A stretch of 64,000 bases of DNA. Source: an uncultured Candidatus Binatia bacterium. GTDB taxonomy: Bacteria > Desulfobacterota > Binatia > UBA9968 > JAJDTQ01. Location of the stretch: the NCBI GenBank assembly GCA_965215605.1, contig OZ244070.1:1632001-1696000 (forward strand). Reading direction: 5' to 3'. This document shows, in pieces, positions 55,254 through 64,000 of the stretch. Position 1 is the stretch's first letter. Every line of letters begins with the position of its first letter. Under the pieces are notes generated by a model. It saw only the letters and a program-made list of their open reading frames with translations, ran no database searches and was not told the origin of the DNA. The position numbers were made by a program, and so were the translations under genes.

Positions 55254-57447
55254 GCGCCCGCCACACCCGCTCCGGGGTCAGCGGCAGGTCCCGGATACGC
55301 GCGCCGGTGGCCCGGGCCAAGGCGCTGACCACCGAGGGGGCCACGGAGAAGATGCCGCCCTCGCCCATACCGCGGCTGCCGTAGGGGCCGATGCCGTCGC
55401 GGTTTTCCACCAGGAACGTGTGGAACTCCCTTGGCAGGTCCTCGAACTTGGGCACCCGGTAGTCGACGAGGTTGGGATTCAGCAACTGGTGGTCGTCGTG
55501 GATCATCTGCTCCATGAAGGTGTGGCCGATGCCCATCATGGCCGCGCCCTCTTCCTGCCCGATGCAGTGTTGCGGATGGATGGCCTTGCCGACGTCGGCC
55601 ACGGAGACGTAGCTCACCAGTTTCGCCGCGCCCGTATCGCGATCGATGTCGAGCTCAGCAACTCCCATACCCACTTCCCAGAGCACCGGCGTCTTCCAAC
55701 GGACCATCTCCGGGCCCATGGTGCCGCGTCCCACGATCTCGCCGGCGACGATGCCGAAGCGGCACGCCAGGGCGTCGGTGAACGACATCTCCTGCTCACC
55801 GGCCACGAGCCGGCCCTCCGACACCGTCACCTTGCCCGGCGTGACCCCGAACGCCTTGGCCGCGATGGCGCGCAACTGCCGCCTGAGGTCCCGGGCCGCG
55901 GCCTGCACCGCCCGGCCCATGACCGTGGTGGAGCGGCTGGCCCCGGTGGAGTGGTCGTAGGGCGTCACGGTGGTGTCCACCGGCACGACCCGGACCCGAT
56001 CGCGCGGCAACGCCAGCTCCTCGGCGACGATCTGGGTGAACGTCGTCTTGACGCCTTGCCCCATTTCGGTGCTGCCAGCCAGTAACGAGACGTAGCCGTC
56101 GGGCCCCAGGCGCACCAGCGCCACGGACACCGGCAATGTGCCGCCGGCGTTGGTGGCGCCGCAGGCCATCCCCAGCGGCGCCTTCCGGACACCGGCACGC
56201 CGCCGCCAGCGGGATGCCGAGACCAAACGCCGCAGGCTCGAACGGAGATTCACATCCACCGGCCGTAGCTTCGGCTGGAGTATCTCACCTCGCTTGAGCA
56301 GGTTCATGTCGCGCAACGCCACCGGGTCCATTTCCAGGTCGGCGGCGATCTCGTCCATCTGCGACTCGCAGGCGAAGATGGTCTGAGGGGCGGCGACGGA
56401 ACGGAACGAGCCCGCCGAGCCGGCATTGGTGTGGACGGAGTAGACGTCGCTCCGGAGGTGCGGGATGCGGTAGGGTCCCAGCACCCGGGTGGCGGCGAGC
56501 TGGGCCACCATCCGGGTGTTTTCGGTGAATGCTCCGGTGTCGAGATGGATCTCGGCCTGCCGCGCCACCAGGGTGCCGTCGTTCATCACCCCGGTCTTGA
56601 GGTCGACGGTGGCGCCGTGCCGCCGCACCGTGACCATGGCCTCGGGGACCGACAGGCAGAGCCGCACGGGACGGCCCGCCTTGCGCGACAGCAGCACCAC
56701 CAGGGGCTCGAACTTGCTGTAGGACTTGCCGCCGAAGCCGCCGCCCAGAAAGGAGACCCGCAACCGTACCTGGGAGCGGGTGACGCCGAAGATGCGCGCG
56801 ATATCGCCCTGCACAAGGAACGGGTGCTGCGCCGACGACCACAGGTCGATGCCGTCATCACCGTACCGGGCCACCGCGCCGTGGGGCTCCATGCTGTAGT
56901 GATACACCATGGGAAACGTGTAGCGGGCCTCGAAGACACGGTCCGAAGCCGCAAAACCCTGGTCCACGTCCCCTTGCTCCACCCGCTCGTGGGCGCACAC
57001 GTTGCCGGGAGCATCCTCGTGGATCAGCGGCGCACCCGGAGCCAGGGCCGCGTCCATGCCCAGGGCCGACGGCAGCTCCTCGTAGTCCACGTCGATGAGG
57101 GCGAGGGCCGCCTCCGCCGTGTGCTCGTCCTCCGCCGCCACGGCCGCCACCGGCTCGCCCACGTAACGCACCCTGTCCATGGCCACCACCGGCCGGCCGT
57201 TGTAGAACGGGTCGATACCGGCCAGATCCTTCGCGGTGACCACCGCGCGCACGCCCCGGAGCGCCTCCGCCCTCGACGTATCGATGGCCCGGACGCGCGC
57301 GTGCGGCAACGGGCTCCGCAGGATCCGGCCTTCGAGCATCCCGGGGAGCACGATGTCGCCGGTATACTTGGCCCGCCCCGTCACCTTGTCGACGCCGTCC
57401 ACCCGGGGAACGTCCCGGCCCACGTGCTGGAAACTGGATTGCCGCAT
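55237..57447 (-). CDS. Stand-alone xanthine dehydrogenase family molybdopterin-binding subunit
   Basis: KVTGRAKY, LGGGFGGK, EMGQG, GASRST, GSRGMGEGG; start moved to ATG at 57447 (AGGAG SD). Confidence 0.92.
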   Translation of the reverse strand: MRQSSFQHVGRDVPRVDGVDKVTGRAKYTGDIVLPGMLEGRILRSPLPHARVRAIDTSRAEALRGVRAVVTAKDLAGIDPFYNGRPVVAMDRVRYVGEPVAAVAAEDEHTAEAALALIDVDYEELPSALGMDAALAPGAPLIHEDAPGNVCAHERVEQGDVDQGFAASDRVFEARYTFPMVYHYSMEPHGAVARYGDDGIDLWSSAQHPFLVQGDIARIFGVTRSQVRLRVSFLGGGFGGKSYSKFEPLVVLLSRKAGRPVRLCLSVPEAMVTVRRHGATVDLKTGVMNDGTLVARQAEIHLDTGAFTENTRMVAQLAATRVLGPYRIPHLRSDVYSVHTNAGSAGSFRSVAAPQTIFACESQMDEIAADLEMDPVALRDMNLLKRGEILQPKLRPVDVNLRSSLRRLVSASRWRRRAGVRKAPLGMACGATNAGGTLPVSVALVRLGPDGYVSLLAGSTEMGQGVKTTFTQIVAEELALPRDRVRVVPVDTTVTPYDHSTGASRSTTVMGRAVQAAARDLRRQLRAIAAKAFGVTPGKVTVSEGRLVAGEQEMSFTDALACRFGIVAGEIVGRGTMGPEMVRWKTPVLWEVGMGVAELDIDRDTGAAKLVSYVSVADVGKAIHPQHCIGQEEGAAMMGIGHTFMEQMIHDDHQLLNPNLVDYRVPKFEDLPREFHTFLVENRDGIGPYGSRGMGEGGIFSVAPSVVSALARATGARIRDLPLTPERVWRALRSQG

Positions 57448-57469
57448 GGTGCTCCTGATTTCTCCGCTC

Positions 57470-57485
57470 GGCAGGACTTGTGCCG
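57470..57485 (-). promoter_or_regulatory. Possible sigma54 -24/-12 promoter
   Basis: Minus strand cGGCACaagtccTGCc (GG-N10-GC) about 23 nt upstream of the ATG. Confidence 0.4.
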
Positions 57486-57633
57486 CGTTCTCCCAGCGGT
57501 CCGGACCAGATTTCCGCTCAAGGAACGAGTCGCGCCCATTGAACGTATATCCGGCACGGGTCCGGCGCAACGATCTCCCGGTGTGCTGTCCGGTCAATTT
57601 GCATGACAAGATGGGCGGGATTCTTGTGTCGTC

Positions 57634-57685
57634 GGCAAGGCGCGATGACCTGTAGGGGCGACCGGCGGTCGCCCTCCGCCTTGCC
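57634..57685. repeat. GTAG-type REP hairpin (family B) inside an outer stem
   Basis: tgtaggggcgaccggcggtcgccct enclosed by ggcaaggcg/cgccttgcc. Confidence 0.65.
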
Positions 57686-57723
57686 TTGAAGAACCGGCGC
57701 ATGGTTTAGTTCCGGTTACCATC

Positions 57724-58662
57724 ATGGCTTCCCCGACCCCCATCCAGCTCATCCAGTTCCGCGCCGCCTACAATCTGCCCGTCCATGCGGCGGTGGAGAA
57801 CGGCATCTTTGCCGGCGGCGGGCTTGCCGTGGAGATCGAGTACACGCCGGGCTCGGCCTATCTCGTGGAGGCGGTGCGTACCGGGCGCTGCACCATCGGC
57901 CACGCGGCCGCGGACGACGTGGTCGCGGACGTGGAGAATCAGCCCGGTTCGGACCTGTTCGCGTTCATGGGGCTCCACAGTGGGCTGCTGAGCCTCGTCG
58001 GCGCGCCCGAATGTCCGACGATGGAGTCGTTGCGGGGCAAGCCGCTGGCGGTGGACGCCCGGGACAGCGGCTTCGTCTTCATCCTCGAGAAGGCCTTGCG
58101 CGACCGCGGCTTCGGCCCGGACGAATACGAGCTCGTGGAGGTGGGGGGCTGGGAGAGCCGCTACCAGACCCTGATCGAGGGGAAACTCTACGCTACGCTG
58201 CTGACAACGCCCTTTGTCGGGGCCGCCCTGGAAAAGGGCTGCCACGTCATCGCCCGGGGCGAGGAGATGGTGCCCGTGTACCAAGCGACGGTGGGTCTGG
58301 CCAGCCGGTCCTGGGCGGAAGAGAACCGGGCGCATCTGGTCAACTACATCCGCTGCTACGTGGCTGCCACCGAGTGGTGTTTCGCACCCGGAAACCGTCG
58401 GCACTGCCTCGACCTGTTGGCCCGGCACAACGCCCTCACCGGCGCCGCGGCCGAGGAAACCCTGGACTCCCTGCTGGACCCCGAACAAGGTCTCTACCCC
58501 AAGGCCGCGTTGAACATCCCCGGTATCGCCGCCGCCCTCGACCTCAGAGCCGGCATGGGCTTCATCGCCTCTCCCCCGCCTCCGCCCGAGAAATATATCG
58601 ACGTTTCCTACTACCAAGCCGCTGTCCGGTGGCCGGAGGAGTTCAACGATCCCGCGTTCTGA
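57724..58662 (+). CDS. NMT1/THI5/SsuA-like substrate-binding-fold protein
   Basis: LPVHAAVENGIFA..GL.VEI, LRGKPLAVD, C-terminal YIDVSYY; no obvious signal peptide and no ABC partners nearby. Confidence 0.75.
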   Translation: MASPTPIQLIQFRAAYNLPVHAAVENGIFAGGGLAVEIEYTPGSAYLVEAVRTGRCTIGHAAADDVVADVENQPGSDLFAFMGLHSGLLSLVGAPECPTMESLRGKPLAVDARDSGFVFILEKALRDRGFGPDEYELVEVGGWESRYQTLIEGKLYATLLTTPFVGAALEKGCHVIARGEEMVPVYQATVGLASRSWAEENRAHLVNYIRCYVAATEWCFAPGNRRHCLDLLARHNALTGAAAEETLDSLLDPEQGLYPKAALNIPGIAAALDLRAGMGFIASPPPPPEKYIDVSYYQAAVRWPEEFNDPAF

Positions 58663-58665
58663 TGA

Positions 58666-58747
58666 AGATTCCGTTCGCCCTGAGCGTAGCGAAGCGAAGT
58701 CGAAGGGCGCCGACCCATGTCGTAGGGAGTTTCTCAACAACCTGCCA
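58666..58747. repeat. Family C repeat, right half only
   Basis: Closely similar to 54483-54558, with a 5-nt insertion and a few substitutions. Confidence 0.8.
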
Positions 58748-58761
58748 GGCCCCCCCGAAGG

Positions 58762-59304
58762 CTACCAAAACAAGGACAACTGCTCCGGAACGTTTGATCG
58801 CAACGCGGGCACTCGCTCCGGCAACTCGGCGATCCGTGACTCCAGCCAGCGGATGTAGGTGCGGTGGGATGGGCGCTGGCGGATGGCCTCCACGCACAGG
58901 GAGCGCACGCGGCCGGCGTAGTGCCGCCAGTTCTCGCGCACGGCGCGCGGCATGCGCAGATAGGTGGGGGCGTCGTCGCAGAAGAGTTCGCTGCGGGCGA
59001 GGGTATAGATGTCGCACTGGGTCTCGCCGCCGGGCAACGGCGCCCACGCGGGGGTTCCCTCGGGAGGCGGCAGCTTCGTCAACCCCTGCAACAAATGGGT
59101 CAGCTCATGGCCGATGGTGTTGTAGGTCAGGCCCCGGACCCGGAGGCGGATGTACAACGGCAGCCGGAGCCGCGTGGGAATGAACGCGACGCCGAGCTTG
59201 GTCCGGGTGTGGCCGATCCGGACTTCCAGGTTTCGTAGCTCCGGGAACCGGCTCAGCGACTGCTTGATCATCCGCACGGCGCGCTGCGTGAGGCGTTTCT
59301 CCAT
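58762..59304 (-). CDS. Hypothetical HExxH (zincin-like) protein
   Basis: TIGHELTHLLQG and downstream GETQCD; start uncertain (59304 or 59361). Confidence 0.7.
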   Translation of the reverse strand: MEKRLTQRAVRMIKQSLSRFPELRNLEVRIGHTRTKLGVAFIPTRLRLPLYIRLRVRGLTYNTIGHELTHLLQGLTKLPPPEGTPAWAPLPGGETQCDIYTLARSELFCDDAPTYLRMPRAVRENWRHYAGRVRSLCVEAIRQRPSHRTYIRWLESRIAELPERVPALRSNVPEQLSLFW

Positions 59305-59391
59305 CTGCGGCGTGAACGACACGGTCACGCCCATCCCGGGTGATAGCAAGGTCATGGACAACGGCTCGGACAGACTCTAAACTCTAACGCA

Positions 59392-63858
<4,467 letters not shown>

Positions 63859-63900
63859 GTTTTACGCCCGGAAAACCGGTCTTGCTCTACAGCTTGATTT

Positions 63901-63918
63901 TGTAGCTTGAAAGCTACA
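63901..63918. promoter_or_regulatory. Operator-like palindrome
   Basis: TGTAGCTT-GA-AAGCTACA just upstream of an ORF start. Confidence 0.5.
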
Positions 63919-63928
63919 TCATATGCCT

Positions 63929-64000
63929 ATGGAGAGGAAGCCGACCGTCAAGGAACGCGACCGTCTGAATCGCGCCTTCGAAAGAGACCGCGGGCAGTTC
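63929..64000 (+). CDS. Start of an unidentified gene (runs off window)
   Basis: MERKPTVKERDRLNRAFERDRGQF..., open to the window end. Confidence 0.45.
   Translation, partial: MERKPTVKERDRLNRAFERDRGQF

Noticed and set aside
57448-57630. Moco riboswitch upstream of the lone Mo subunit
   Set aside because: I could not recognise the motif's conserved elements by eye; an Rfam scan would be needed.

Overview
High-GC bacterial chromosome segment; gene content and order suggest Deltaproteobacteria/Binatia-like affinity (inference). The left 26 kb is a mostly minus-strand housekeeping block from the ancestral replication-origin neighbourhood: mnmE-mnmG-rsmG-parA-parB-atpF'FHAGDC-aroCKBQ-MFS-gyrB-gyrA-gpsA-rpmH-rnpA-yidD-yidC. 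It carries two perfect parS sites but lacks dnaA/dnaN/recF. The right 38 kb mixes metabolic genes (DAHP synthase, thiD, plsY, mltG, cupin, an M24 peptidase/ThrC-like/3xLLM operon, TAXI-TRAP, xanthine-dehydrogenase-family molybdoenzymes, Lhr helicase) with toxin-antitoxin modules and fragments, two MITE-like elements and several REP-like palindrome families. Most notable: (1) a Fic-wHTH gene tightly bracketed by two copies of an AT-rich 12-6-12 palindrome, resembling a recombination cassette or double operator; (2) a LexA C-terminal-domain-only protein lacking its catalytic serine; (3) a REP-like palindrome lying in frame inside lhr; (4) aroK and a DUF1611 gene that appear to need non-canonical start codons; (5) a parS site containing the mnmG start codon; (6) an orphan Tat-signal-only ORF; (7) a long structured leader before the atp genes. 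All calls were made by eye from motifs; no database searches or folding programs were run.
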